From Promethearchaeota archaeon (lineage in GTDB: Archaea; Asgardarchaeota; Lokiarchaeia; Sigyniarchaeales; SOKP01): DNA of 64,000 nt. The position numbers and the translations under genes were made by a program. Location of the stretch: the NCBI GenBank assembly GCA_019057865.1, contig JAHLWP010000003.1, positions 128,001 through 192,000 on the forward strand, read 5' to 3'. Under the pieces are notes generated by a model that had not been told where the DNA came from, did no database searches, and saw only the letters and a list, made by a program, of their open reading frames with translations. Shown here one piece after another: positions 39,163 to 48,864 of the stretch (its first letter is position 1; the number at the start of each line of letters is the position of its first letter).

Positions 39163-39735
39163 ACGGCAATCCAATTTCCAAAGCCAAATTTAAAGGGTAC
39201 TAAAAGCCTTGAAGAGTGTATTTTTGAACGGGAGAGTGTTAGAAGTTATAAAACCAGACCTATCGAAATTGAGAAAATTTCTCAAATTCTATGGGCAGCA
39301 CAAGGGAAAAAAGGATTTAAAAGAACAGTACCATCTGCGGGAGCTACATATCCTCTAGAAATTTACGTTATCATAAAAGATAAAGGTTTTTTTCACTATA
39401 ATGTAGAAAAACATTCTTTAGAAGTAATATCAGAGGAGAAATTAGAAGAAAAACTCTCTCGTGCATCTTGGGATCAGGAATTTATCGCTCAGGCTTATTT
39501 AAATATAATAATATGTGCTGAATTCTCAAGAACTACTGAGAGATATCGTCAAAGAGGGATTAGATATGTATTTATCGAAGTTGGTCATTGTGCTCAAAAT
39601 GTTCACTTAGAAGCTGTTGCATTAGGTTTAGCTTCCGTTCCAATAGGAGCATATGAAGATGATAGAGTTAAAAACGTGTTAGGACTTCCAAAAAAAATTG
39701 AGCCACTTTATATCATTCCTATCGGATATCCATAA
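39163..39735 (+). CDS. SagB/ThcOx-type nitroreductase-family protein (absent from the ORF track; putative ACG start)
   Basis: 190-aa open frame: (T)AIQFPKPNLKGTKSLEECIFERESVRSY...SQILWAAQG...RTVPSAGATYPLEIY...IEVGHCAQNVHLEAVALGLASVPIGAY...PLYIIPIGYP*. Confidence 0.92.
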   Translation, partial: TAIQFPKPNLKGTKSLEECIFERESVRSYKTRPIEIEKISQILWAAQGKKGFKRTVPSAGATYPLEIYVIIKDKGFFHYNVEKHSLEVISEEKLEEKLSRASWDQEFIAQAYLNIIICAEFSRTTERYRQRGIRYVFIEVGHCAQNVHLEAVALGLASVPIGAYEDDRVKNVLGLPKKIEPLYIIPIGYP

Positions 39736-39795
39736 TAATTTTAATTATTTTTAATAAGTTATTTATTAAATATTAACAGCAAAAGATAATCTTTA

Positions 39796-40602
39796 ATGCT
39801 AAACAGCAATTCCAAAATAGAAATTAAAATTGCGAATAATATCATCTATTATTTAATTATTTTTTTTATCTTCTTATTTTGGTTCTCTTATTCTACTTAT
39901 GATAATATCTCAATTCTAATTTTAATCTGTTTTTCCATTTTATCCCTAATAATTTACTCACTAATTAAAAATCTAAGGAAAGGCATGGAATTAGGAACCA
40001 AAATTTTTCATATTTTGTTAATTTTCATTCCAATTACTTTTCTTTTAGACATAATATATTTTTATGAGCCATTTACTCCTCCTTTTTTTATTCCCTTTTA
40101 TGATTTAGTAGGTATAAAACATCAACATAACATAATTTTAATCCTACTATTGTTTTCACTAATATTTGTAAAATTAATAGGAGTTAAAATCTATTTTTCG
40201 ATAAGTATGAAAATTAATACAGATTGGAAGGGAGATGAGATATTTGAATTTTTCGCTCAAGATATAATCAATAAAAAGATAATTCTTTTAATAATTCTCT
40301 TTCCTCTTGGAGCCTTAGTGGAGGAATTTATTTACAGATGTTTATTTTTAAGCGTTTTGATTTATTTCCTCAATTGGGATCTTGTTTTTAGTATATTTTT
40401 TATTTCAGGTCTATTTGGAATAGCACATTATTCTGCTTCGAAAAATTTGGGTCATGTACTTTCTACTCTAATATCCTCCATCATTTATTTTTATGCATTA
40501 ATTAATTTGGGTTTATTATATCCTTGGATATTTCATTTTCTTACAAATATTTTTGTCGTATTATTTTATGTTCAAAATAGAAAGAAAAAGTTGACTAAAT
40601 GA
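39796..40602 (+). CDS. CPBP (CAAX/Rce1/Abi-family) intramembrane glutamic endopeptidase
   Basis: EEFIYR, FGIAH, HFLTN motifs; multiple TM helices. Confidence 0.88.
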   Translation: MLNSNSKIEIKIANNIIYYLIIFFIFLFWFSYSTYDNISILILICFSILSLIIYSLIKNLRKGMELGTKIFHILLIFIPITFLLDIIYFYEPFTPPFFIPFYDLVGIKHQHNIILILLLFSLIFVKLIGVKIYFSISMKINTDWKGDEIFEFFAQDIINKKIILLIILFPLGALVEEFIYRCLFLSVLIYFLNWDLVFSIFFISGLFGIAHYSASKNLGHVLSTLISSIIYFYALINLGLLYPWIFHFLTNIFVVLFYVQNRKKKLTK

Positions 40603-40654
40603 AGGAGAAAATATTAAATATTAATTCTATATGGTAAAAGATAATATATTTCTA

Positions 40655-40981
40655 TTAAGGTATTATCACAGAAGGATCTTCTTTTATTTTATCTAAAACA
40701 ATTTGAGTCTTAATTTCTTCTACTCCTGGGAGATTGCGAAGTTTTTCAATGAGTTCCATTGAATCAGAATGATCAAGACATTTTGCCATTATAAATATTG
40801 GATATTCTCCAGTTATTATGTAAGCATATTTGATTTTTATCATTTCTTCTATTTTTTTCTTAATATCCTCTAAAGGGTAAGAAGAATTTACTCGAAGTGA
40901 TGATAGAATAGAATTATCTTCTAATATTCGGTCTAAAACAATCTCAGTTTTGACTTTTAAAAAGTAGAATTTTTTCTTCAC
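40655..40981 (-). pseudogene. Lrp/AsnC ligand-binding (RAM) domain fragment, 5'-truncated
   Basis: AYIITGEYPIFIMAKC...LPGVEEIKTQIVLDKIKE, preceded by the tail of a second unit (VKTEIVLDRILED); no HTH. Confidence 0.6.
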
Positions 40982-41001
40982 TCTTCAGTATATTAGATCT
41001 T

Positions 41002-41457
41002 TTAATCTGAAAACATACTTTCTGGAAGAATCCAAACAGGGGGATCTCTTTTGAGCCCTTTTTTTTTAAGTTTTTCAAGCCTTTCTTTATAATCGTTATA
41101 AAAATCATATCCAAAAACACAGATGCCATGATCAATAGCATCCAAAATGGATACAACGCCTTCATGAAACATTTTATTAAATTCATTAGCTCTATAACAA
41201 AATGCATCCAATCCTAAAGATAATTTATAATGTTCATAAATAATGGTTGACCTATTAATGAAAGGTTCTTTAAAATCTCCAACAAATATCATATCTAGAT
41301 CGCTATTTTCCATAAAATCACTTCTTGCTCTTGATCCAAATAAAATTACACATTCTAACGGCACTTTTTTGTTAATAATTTCCGATAATTTGATTAAATA
41401 ATCCTTCAAATCAGCCTCTAATATTTTCTTTATTTCCTTTAATTTCTTTATTAACAA
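41002..41457 (-). CDS. Minimal nucleotidyltransferase (MNT) antitoxin
   Basis: ILFGSRARSDFMENSDLD (GSx10DxD). Confidence 0.9.
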   Translation of the reverse strand: MLIKKLKEIKKILEADLKDYLIKLSEIINKKVPLECVILFGSRARSDFMENSDLDMIFVGDFKEPFINRSTIIYEHYKLSLGLDAFCYRANEFNKMFHEGVVSILDAIDHGICVFGYDFYNDYKERLEKLKKKGLKRDPPVWILPESMFSD

Positions 41458-41827
41458 AATTGATTATTTTTTTCGCTTGATTCATCGCTAATTCTGCTTC
41501 TTGTTTATGATAGGCTTTATGTGGTGCAATATTTGGAAGAGCATCAGGATAACGAGTTGTAATATAGTGTTTGTCAAGGCTTAGTGCTGTCCTTTCGATA
41601 TCTTCAAAATTTGCATTTTTTATATCTTTATATTTTTCTAAAAGAGAGTGAATAGAATGACCCCATCCATAGAGTTTATTATGATATAACAAGGCTTTCA
41701 CTGCTTTTTCTGCTGCTTGTTGACAATGAAAAACTACAGTATTGAATCTATCATTCTCAAATAAAATCTTAGCATTTTCTAAATCCCAGTTTGCTTCCTC
41801 TAGCCAATTGGCTATCCGTTCGTTCAT
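41411..41827 (-). CDS. HEPN-domain protein of a HEPN-MNT pair
   Basis: WLEEANWDL..A...FHCQQAAEKAVKALL...GHSI..LL...TTRYPD; overlaps the MNT gene. Confidence 0.92.
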   Translation of the reverse strand: MNERIANWLEEANWDLENAKILFENDRFNTVVFHCQQAAEKAVKALLYHNKLYGWGHSIHSLLEKYKDIKNANFEDIERTALSLDKHYITTRYPDALPNIAPHKAYHKQEAELAMNQAKKIINFVNKEIKGNKENIRG

Positions 41828-42046
41828 AAAAGCGATTTTATTTTTTAAAAAGTTGTTCTATATTAAATATATCCTTTCAATTTTAAAAAACTAGGTAGAA
41901 AGAGAATTATGATTTGCTCTTTTTTCACAGAAAAAGTCTTCAAAAAGGTTTGAAATATTACTCAAATTTTATTTGAACGTTTATTTTATTTTTGTTCCTT
42001 AAATTTTTAAGATCTGACGCTTGAATATTATAAAGTGGTTAAGTAA

Positions 42047-42232
42047 AATATTGATATTATCAATATTTATGATATTGATATTAAAGGAGGATATTTAGGT
42101 TGTCTGCAGTGTGGGTATGATAATCAGTGTGTTTATAAAGATAAAGATGAATTTATGGAGTTTTGGAATCAAAAACTTAAAACTTCAGATATTTTGATTT
42201 TTGTAGGAAATATAAAAGAGGAAAATACCTGA
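42047..42232 (+). pseudogene. Internal fragment of an iron-sulfur flavoprotein (Isf/flavodoxin-like) gene
   Basis: NIDIINIYDIDIKGGYLGCLQCGYDNQCVYKDKDEFMEFWNQKLKTSDILIFVG; no start codon; first Cys of Cx2Cx2Cx5C appears as Tyr. Confidence 0.7.
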
Positions 42233-42472
42233 ATAAATTGAATCAATTATCCCAACAACACTATTCGCTACTGTATCTTTAGGAAATGTGTGCTTTAAAA
42301 CTGCAAAAAATGTACCTATGGCTCCAATAATAATGAGAAAAGTAATGAAAATTGAGCTAAACTGCATAATTCCAATATCAGAAAGTATATTAATGAGAAT
42401 AATAGGGAGAACTAAATAGAATACTGCTTTTAGTGTCCCATATATAATCATTTCTTTGATTTGAATTTTCAT
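42185..42472 (-). CDS. Membrane protein, probably 3'-truncated
   Basis: Three hydrophobic helices, ending abruptly inside the opposite-strand Isf fragment. Confidence 0.55.
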   Translation of the reverse strand: MKIQIKEMIIYGTLKAVFYLVLPIILINILSDIGIMQFSSIFITFLIIIGAIGTFFAVLKHTFPKDTVANSVVGIIDSIYSGIFLFYISYKNQNI

Positions 42473-42672
42473 TTACTCAAACCTTCATTTTTTGATTAGA
42501 TTAGCTTCTTAATTGATGTTTTGTGATAATAATTACTTAGTGGAAATTATCATTAATAAATAGATCTATTAAAAAAATTTCCATTTTCCCCCTAAATTTT
42601 TACTCTAATTAAATTTTTTAACTTAACATTCTTTATATTTTTACAATATATGTATAAGATTTGTTATAATTC

Positions 42673-43407
42673 ATGGAATCAATAAATAATCTTTTTAAAA
42701 AAGCTATAAAATCTAGAGATTCAGAAGAAATTAATGAATTTCTAATTGAATTAAGTAAAGATCCAGAAAAAGAATATCTTACATTTTTAAACTATTTCAT
42801 TGATAATATTAACCTCCCAATTTTTGAAAAAATTAAGATAAATTTAATTTTTGCATTGGGCGAAATTGGAGAAAAAGTCCAATTGGATGAGAGATATCTA
42901 AAATTCTTAGAAGAAATATATTACATATCTGATAGGTGGGTAAGAAATGAAATAATTCAGGCAATAGATAAAATTTCAAGAAAATCAGAATTGCCAGGAT
43001 ATCACCTCCAATTGATAAGATTTTCATTAATAGATGATTATGAACCAGTTGTTATTAATTCTTTAAAGATTTTACTTGGTTTACAAAATCTTCCTAATTT
43101 TATTTTGAAAAATGTCATACAAATTTTAAAATCTAAAAACTCTGAAATTATTCAGGAATGCTCCTTAATTTTACAAAAATTTATTCACGATTCAAATCAA
43201 TTATTTTTCTTATTAAATGATTCAGAGATGTATAAAAGTATTAAAAAGGGAACAATTCGATCTTTACTAATAGCTTACTTTAAATCAGTTATAAACCTAG
43301 AATCCTTCAAAAAAAAGATAGAAAACGCTAATTGGGATAAAGATTCTAAAGAGAGATACATTAAAGAAATTGATACTTATGAAAGAATTTTGCTAAAAAA
43401 TCTATAA
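42673..43407 (+). CDS. HEAT-repeat protein
   Basis: NLIFALGEIG, DRWVRNEIIQAI, DDYEPVVINSLKIL. Confidence 0.75.
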   Translation: MESINNLFKKAIKSRDSEEINEFLIELSKDPEKEYLTFLNYFIDNINLPIFEKIKINLIFALGEIGEKVQLDERYLKFLEEIYYISDRWVRNEIIQAIDKISRKSELPGYHLQLIRFSLIDDYEPVVINSLKILLGLQNLPNFILKNVIQILKSKNSEIIQECSLILQKFIHDSNQLFFLLNDSEMYKSIKKGTIRSLLIAYFKSVINLESFKKKIENANWDKDSKERYIKEIDTYERILLKNL

Positions 43408-43417
43408 TCTAATAGAT

Positions 43418-44647
43418 TTATTCATATTTTACAAGAATATCATCTAATTCTTCATAAGAAAAAATTATTTCATTAAATATTTTTATTAAAAATTTTATTA
43501 TTTCTCTCGGATTACCATTGGACTTATTGAATATATATTTTAAAACTTTTTCATTTAAAGGATAATAAGAATCTGGATTTTCCTTAAGAAATTCAACATA
43601 ATTTATATTTTCGAGGAATTGTTCCATTGCTTTCTTATAAAATTGGAACATATCTCGCTCATCCAAACCTAACATAAATAGAGGTTCTTTTAAGAAAAGT
43701 AAGAGTTTTCTATTCTTTTCTTCAATCATTTTTTTTATTTCTTCAAATGAATCAATTGATTTTAGGGTAATAATAGTTCTTATTCCATGTATCTCCTGTA
43801 AATTGAGAATTTTTCCAAATATTTTTTTAGCAGTCCTAATTTCGGGTAAAGAACGATTTTGCGTTCCATAAAGCCAACTTGGATCAAATACTTCTTCAAT
43901 TTCATCTGTTTCTTCTTCAGCAGCCTTCATCATAGAGAGAATTTTTTCAAAATCATCAATAAAAAGTACACTTCCTAATTTTGAATTTTCAATTAGAATT
44001 TTCAACATTAAAAATGAATTAACTTCTTTTCTTAAATCGTGTGTTAAATTTAATCTCGATAATTCTCTTACATCCATTAATTCTCCAAGAAACCACCTTT
44101 CAGCATCTATTTTTTTATAAGGATCTAATTGATGAGCTGTAATTGCATTTATTACATCTTTTAATGCAATTTCATCATCAAACATTGATGACCAATTTTC
44201 ACAAGCAGTTTTTCTTACTTTATTGATATCGGCTACATGAAAAAATCCAAATTTTCTCTCTAATGCACCCCAACTATTACATAATTGATTAGCAATGTAT
44301 CTTAATGGTTCAATTCCCAAATTTTCAATAAATTCTGAATATGTATTATAATAAAATTTCTTATATACATTCTCTAATGAAACATATACAGTATTATGAT
44401 AATATAATTTATTTTTTAGTGCCCAATATAAATGTGTCTTTCCAATTCCTACTCCTCCTATAATAGGTAGGATAAAATTTTCATTATTCTCAATTATATT
44501 TATTATTGATTCTAATAAATCCTGTCTTGATTGAACTAGACTAAGCTCTTCCTTAAACTCACCTGTAGATACAAATTTTTTAAAAGGGGAGCCAAGAATT
44601 TTTAAGAAATACAATAATTTTTGTTTAGTATTTTCGAAAAGTAGCAT
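43418..44647 (-). CDS. AAA+/P-loop ATPase of unknown function
   Basis: Walker A GGVGIGKT, Walker B VLFIDDFE, C-terminal YPL...SNGNPREI lid motif. Confidence 0.85.
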   Translation of the reverse strand: MLLFENTKQKLLYFLKILGSPFKKFVSTGEFKEELSLVQSRQDLLESIINIIENNENFILPIIGGVGIGKTHLYWALKNKLYYHNTVYVSLENVYKKFYYNTYSEFIENLGIEPLRYIANQLCNSWGALERKFGFFHVADINKVRKTACENWSSMFDDEIALKDVINAITAHQLDPYKKIDAERWFLGELMDVRELSRLNLTHDLRKEVNSFLMLKILIENSKLGSVLFIDDFEKILSMMKAAEEETDEIEEVFDPSWLYGTQNRSLPEIRTAKKIFGKILNLQEIHGIRTIITLKSIDSFEEIKKMIEEKNRKLLLFLKEPLFMLGLDERDMFQFYKKAMEQFLENINYVEFLKENPDSYYPLNEKVLKYIFNKSNGNPREIIKFLIKIFNEIIFSYEELDDILVKYE

Positions 44648-44686
44648 CTTAGTGATTCATAAAGATTTAAATTTTTAATTTTTATA

Positions 44687-45316
44687 TTAAGTAGTCTTGA
44701 GGGACTCACTTCCTAGGATTATTATAAAACCAACTACTTTATCATCTACATTAGCTAAAGGTTCAAAACTTATATTAAGATCCTCCTTTTGGTCTCGTCC
44801 TACAATTAAACAATCATAAAAGACAGGATCACCTTTATCATTAATTACAACTCTATCAGCAACTAGCATCCCATTTCTAATTAAAGCAACTGGATTTTTA
44901 AGAATTTCACCTTTAAAAAAATCAAGATGATTAATTCCTTGTTTATAATCATTTAAATACAATCCTGCAGTGTGTAAAAGAGTAATTGTAAACGGAAATG
45001 CGTCAGAGAATTGTCCTTCGCTATAAAGTTCCATAATATCATTTGGCATTAAAACACAATACTCCAAGGCAGAATCCTCCAGATTTTCCCAGGAGAAATC
45101 AGATTTCCTCGAATAAGCAATCTTCTTTTCAGATATATCTTCAAATCCAACTAATAAGCCTTGAGAAATATTAATTCCTTCAGAATCTGTAATTTTAATA
45201 TTATCTGAAAAGATAATTGAGTCTTCATATTTTGAAATAATTGAACCTGTAAATTCTCCAATAATTTTAATTTCATTTATGGAATCATATAAGATAATTT
45301 TATCTGTGTTATTCAT
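44687..45316 (-). CDS. Hypothetical acidic beta-rich protein
   Basis: 209-aa ORF co-oriented 39 nt upstream of the ATPase gene. Confidence 0.7.
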   Translation of the reverse strand: MNNTDKIILYDSINEIKIIGEFTGSIISKYEDSIIFSDNIKITDSEGINISQGLLVGFEDISEKKIAYSRKSDFSWENLEDSALEYCVLMPNDIMELYSEGQFSDAFPFTITLLHTAGLYLNDYKQGINHLDFFKGEILKNPVALIRNGMLVADRVVINDKGDPVFYDCLIVGRDQKEDLNISFEPLANVDDKVVGFIIILGSESLKTT

Positions 45317-45451
45317 TATCAGTACATTTATGATGATATATCGTATACATAATATTATGAACTCTGAATGTTACAACATTAATCTTATATATTAAACTTT
45401 CCATATAATTTTAGGTAGAATATATTTAATTAATAAGCAAATTTCAAAAAA

Positions 45452-46696
45452 ATGGGCTCAAATATCCTTTATCAAAACATTTCGGAGTTATCAAAAACAG
45501 ATTTATTACAAAGAGCACAAGAATTTATTTTTTCCACTGGATTAAATGATGGAGCATCTCAATTGTGTAAAGCCAATATGAAATATGGAATAGCACAATT
45601 TCAAATTATTCAAGAGAGATATGGATTTGAACCTAAAACAACGTTTATTTCTTCACCAGACGAGACAATTTCAAGAAATAATTTTCGATGGAACTCTGGT
45701 TTAGGATATGGAGGAAGATTAAATTGGGGATCTGGCAAGGAAAAATTGATATTTCTTAATATAAAACCTAATTGCTGTGGAATACTTATTGGAGGTATAA
45801 AAGAGGTTCCAGATCCATATGAAATAATCAAAAAGATCGATGATATAAAATCTAAAGAACTATACCATAATGATATCCTAATTAATTGGGATTATGGAAT
45901 ATCTAATCATTTTATTAATTGTCTAGAAACAAGAAATCTATCAGATATAGACATTCCTCCTTATATAATTATGATTCATGGATCTGCTCCGGAATTTAGA
46001 GATGATAAATATGGGATAGGACTTTATGTAGATAAATCGAAAACGTTAAAAGAAAGAGCAATTGAAGAGGATACTAAATTTGGAAAGCAATTCATTTTAT
46101 TAGATACTGATGCAAAGGAATATTCAAATTTTAATAATAAAGCTCTAGAATTTTCAAGTAAAAAAAGAGAAATTATAGCTGATAACTTGTGTGATTATGA
46201 CTATAAGGTTATTTGTAATCAACCCCATCAATTTCTAAAAGATTATAATAATATGTATTTAGGAAGCAATTGTACAGACACCAATTGTGAAATCATAACC
46301 TCTAATATATTTCCAACGACTCTTAGGCCAGATATTGCTGCTTATCTATTTAAAGGTAAAAAAAATTTAACTGAAACAACATTAAGGAATATAAATCTTT
46401 TAGACAGAGCAGAAAAATTAGAACTTTTGGATTTATTACAGAATTCGGATATATTACCTCACGGAGGTGGTTATCTTTTGTCTGATATTGTAGAAGTTCA
46501 AGATGTACTTGAATATAAAGATCAAAGATATTTTGTTACTTCTTTAAAATCAAATATAAGTAGATTGAAAATAATTAGAAATGTTAGAGAATTACAATTT
46601 GAGTATAGAGGGCGTGATATAATTCTCAAAACAATCCAATTGGACCTTGGAGAAATTATTGCTCGCTTAAATCCTTTATTCTCCTTAAAATTATAA
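45452..46696 (+). CDS. Divergent RtcB-family RNA ligase-like protein
   Basis: Ordered RtcB-like motifs SPD, PNCCG, SNHF, IHGS, PHQ, PHGGG and terminal P..SLK. Confidence 0.7.
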   Translation: MGSNILYQNISELSKTDLLQRAQEFIFSTGLNDGASQLCKANMKYGIAQFQIIQERYGFEPKTTFISSPDETISRNNFRWNSGLGYGGRLNWGSGKEKLIFLNIKPNCCGILIGGIKEVPDPYEIIKKIDDIKSKELYHNDILINWDYGISNHFINCLETRNLSDIDIPPYIIMIHGSAPEFRDDKYGIGLYVDKSKTLKERAIEEDTKFGKQFILLDTDAKEYSNFNNKALEFSSKKREIIADNLCDYDYKVICNQPHQFLKDYNNMYLGSNCTDTNCEIITSNIFPTTLRPDIAAYLFKGKKNLTETTLRNINLLDRAEKLELLDLLQNSDILPHGGGYLLSDIVEVQDVLEYKDQRYFVTSLKSNISRLKIIRNVRELQFEYRGRDIILKTIQLDLGEIIARLNPLFSLKL

Positions 46697-46735
46697 ATTT
46701 AAAAAAAGAAAAAAATGGTAAAAATCTAAAATCTT

Positions 46736-48787
46736 TTATTCGACTTTAGCACCGGAAGGTAAATCTTTATCCGGTGTTAGTATAGATACTTTATCACCTT
46801 CCACAGCAGCAAGAAGCATGCCTTCGCTTAAAATTCCTCTTAATTTTCTTGGTTCTAAATTAGTTAAAATAACAATCTTTTTACCAATTAATTCATCAGC
46901 TTTATAGTGTTCTGCTAATCCGGCTACTAATGTTCTTTTTTCAGTTCCCAGATCAACAAAGAGTTTATAAAGCTTATCTGCTTTTGGAACTTTTTCAACT
47001 TTCTCAATTAAAGCAACCCTTATATCTAGTTTTTTAAAATCTTCATAAGAAACCAATTTTTTAACACCTTGTTTTCCTTTATTCTTTCTAATTTGACTTA
47101 GTTTTTCTCTTAATTCATTTATCTCTAATTTTTGGAAAATTGGCATTGGAACTTTAATTTTATGCCCTTCTTTAAGAGCATTCTCATTTATACTATTCCA
47201 TGACAATTGATTTAATTTTTCTGGAATATTTAAATAATCTAGAATTTTTTCGGATGTATCAGGAATGAATGGAGCTAATAAAATTGCTAAGGCATAAACA
47301 GCTTGGGCACATAAATTAAAGACATGTCCAGCAGCATTTTTATCTTTTTTTATCAAATGCCAAGGTGCCTTATTATTTAGGTAAACGTTTCCATCTCTTC
47401 CAAAATTAACAATTTCTCTTAACGCTCTTCTCAATTCAAATTTGTCTAATAATTCACCTACTAAATTACCTATCGATTTTAACCTAGTCACAAATTCTCT
47501 ATCAAGATCATCAAATCTTATCCTATTAGGAATTGTACTTTTGAATTGTTTATTTAAAAACGTCAATATTCGATGGATAAAATTTCCTATAACATCATTT
47601 AAAGTCTTGATGTTATTGGCAAATTCAGACCAAAGAAATGATGTATCACTTTTTTCAGGTCTATTATAAATCAAATTAAAACGCCAATAATCTAGTGGAG
47701 CTAATTCTAGTGCTTCATCAATCCATATTCCAACTCCTCTAGATTTTGAAAATTTATCATTTTCATACATCAACCATTCAGTTGATGAGACATTGTAAGG
47801 TAAGACTAACTTCTCTTTCTCGGTTTTATCATCATTGTAAGCCATTAATAAACCAGGAAATACAATCAAATGAAAAATTATATTATCCTTTCCAATAAAG
47901 TAAGCTGTTTTTGTATTATCATCTTTCCAAAAGTAATCAAATTTTTTTGGTTCATTTATCAATTTTTCTGCCCATTCTAAACAAGCACTTATATAGCCAA
48001 GTACCGCTTCAAACCACACATATATAGTCTTTCCTTCAGCTCCTTTAAATGGTGCTGGGATTCCCCATTCTAAATCTCGCGTAATTGCTCTTTCAGGAAG
48101 TCCTTCTGCAATACTATTTAAGCACATTTGTCGAGCATTTTGGGGGATAATCTCGTTATTTTCAATTAATTTTTTTAAACGCTCTTGTAGTTTGGGAAAA
48201 TTCATGTACCAATGTTTTGTTGATTGAATTTTAGGAGAATTACCACATATAGCGCATCTTGGTTTTTTTAATTCGAGAGGTGTTAACAACTTTTGGCAGT
48301 TATCACATTGATCTCCTCGTGCATCTTCAAAACCACAATGCGGACATATCCCTTCTACAAATCTATCTGGGAGAAAGAGATTATCTTTTTCACAATATAG
48401 CGATTCAATCTCTTTTTCTAAGATATATCCATTTTTTTGAACATCAAGATAAAACTCTTGAACAAATCTAATATGAGTAGGATTATGGGTGATTGTATAA
48501 TTATCATACGAAATTTTCCATTCTTTAAACAAATTTTTAGTGATTTCATGGTTTCTCGTAGCTAATTCTTCCACAGCTACATTCTGCTTTTTAGCTGCTA
48601 CAGCAACAGGAGTTCCATGGGAATCTGAGCCTGAAACAAAAACAACTTCATCTCCTTTTAATCTGAGATACCTAGCGAATATGTCTGCAGATAAAACGCT
48701 TCCAATCATAGTTCCTAAATGGGGAATAGCATTCACATAAGGCCAAGCTGAAGTGATGACCCATTTAGTTTTGTTAATCGTAGTCAA
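46736..48787 (-). CDS. metG: Methionyl-tRNA synthetase with C-terminal tRNA-binding OB domain
   Basis: TSAWPYVN..HLG, Zn knuckle, KFSKSRG, NLEPRKLRGILSEGMLLAA; TTG start 7 nt after GAGGTGA. Confidence 0.97.
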   Translation of the reverse strand: MTTINKTKWVITSAWPYVNAIPHLGTMIGSVLSADIFARYLRLKGDEVVFVSGSDSHGTPVAVAAKKQNVAVEELATRNHEITKNLFKEWKISYDNYTITHNPTHIRFVQEFYLDVQKNGYILEKEIESLYCEKDNLFLPDRFVEGICPHCGFEDARGDQCDNCQKLLTPLELKKPRCAICGNSPKIQSTKHWYMNFPKLQERLKKLIENNEIIPQNARQMCLNSIAEGLPERAITRDLEWGIPAPFKGAEGKTIYVWFEAVLGYISACLEWAEKLINEPKKFDYFWKDDNTKTAYFIGKDNIIFHLIVFPGLLMAYNDDKTEKEKLVLPYNVSSTEWLMYENDKFSKSRGVGIWIDEALELAPLDYWRFNLIYNRPEKSDTSFLWSEFANNIKTLNDVIGNFIHRILTFLNKQFKSTIPNRIRFDDLDREFVTRLKSIGNLVGELLDKFELRRALREIVNFGRDGNVYLNNKAPWHLIKKDKNAAGHVFNLCAQAVYALAILLAPFIPDTSEKILDYLNIPEKLNQLSWNSINENALKEGHKIKVPMPIFQKLEINELREKLSQIRKNKGKQGVKKLVSYEDFKKLDIRVALIEKVEKVPKADKLYKLFVDLGTEKRTLVAGLAEHYKADELIGKKIVILTNLEPRKLRGILSEGMLLAAVEGDKVSILTPDKDLPSGAKVE

Positions 48788-48864
48788 TTTAAACTCACCT
48801 CTAATTCTGATTAATAAAAAGAAGGATCTCTTAAATATTTTAAATAAATGAAATTTAAAATGAT

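Noticed and set aside
39163-39735. RiPP (azole) biosynthetic cluster around the SagB-like gene and the CPBP protease
   Set aside because: No YcaO, E1-like protein or Cys/Ser/Thr-rich precursor nearby; stand-alone SagB-type nitroreductases are common in archaea.
43418-44647. Calling the ATPase part of a BREX system or an Orc1/Cdc6 origin locus
   Set aside because: No pglX/pglZ/brxC neighbours, no C-terminal wHTH and no ORB-like repeats nearby.
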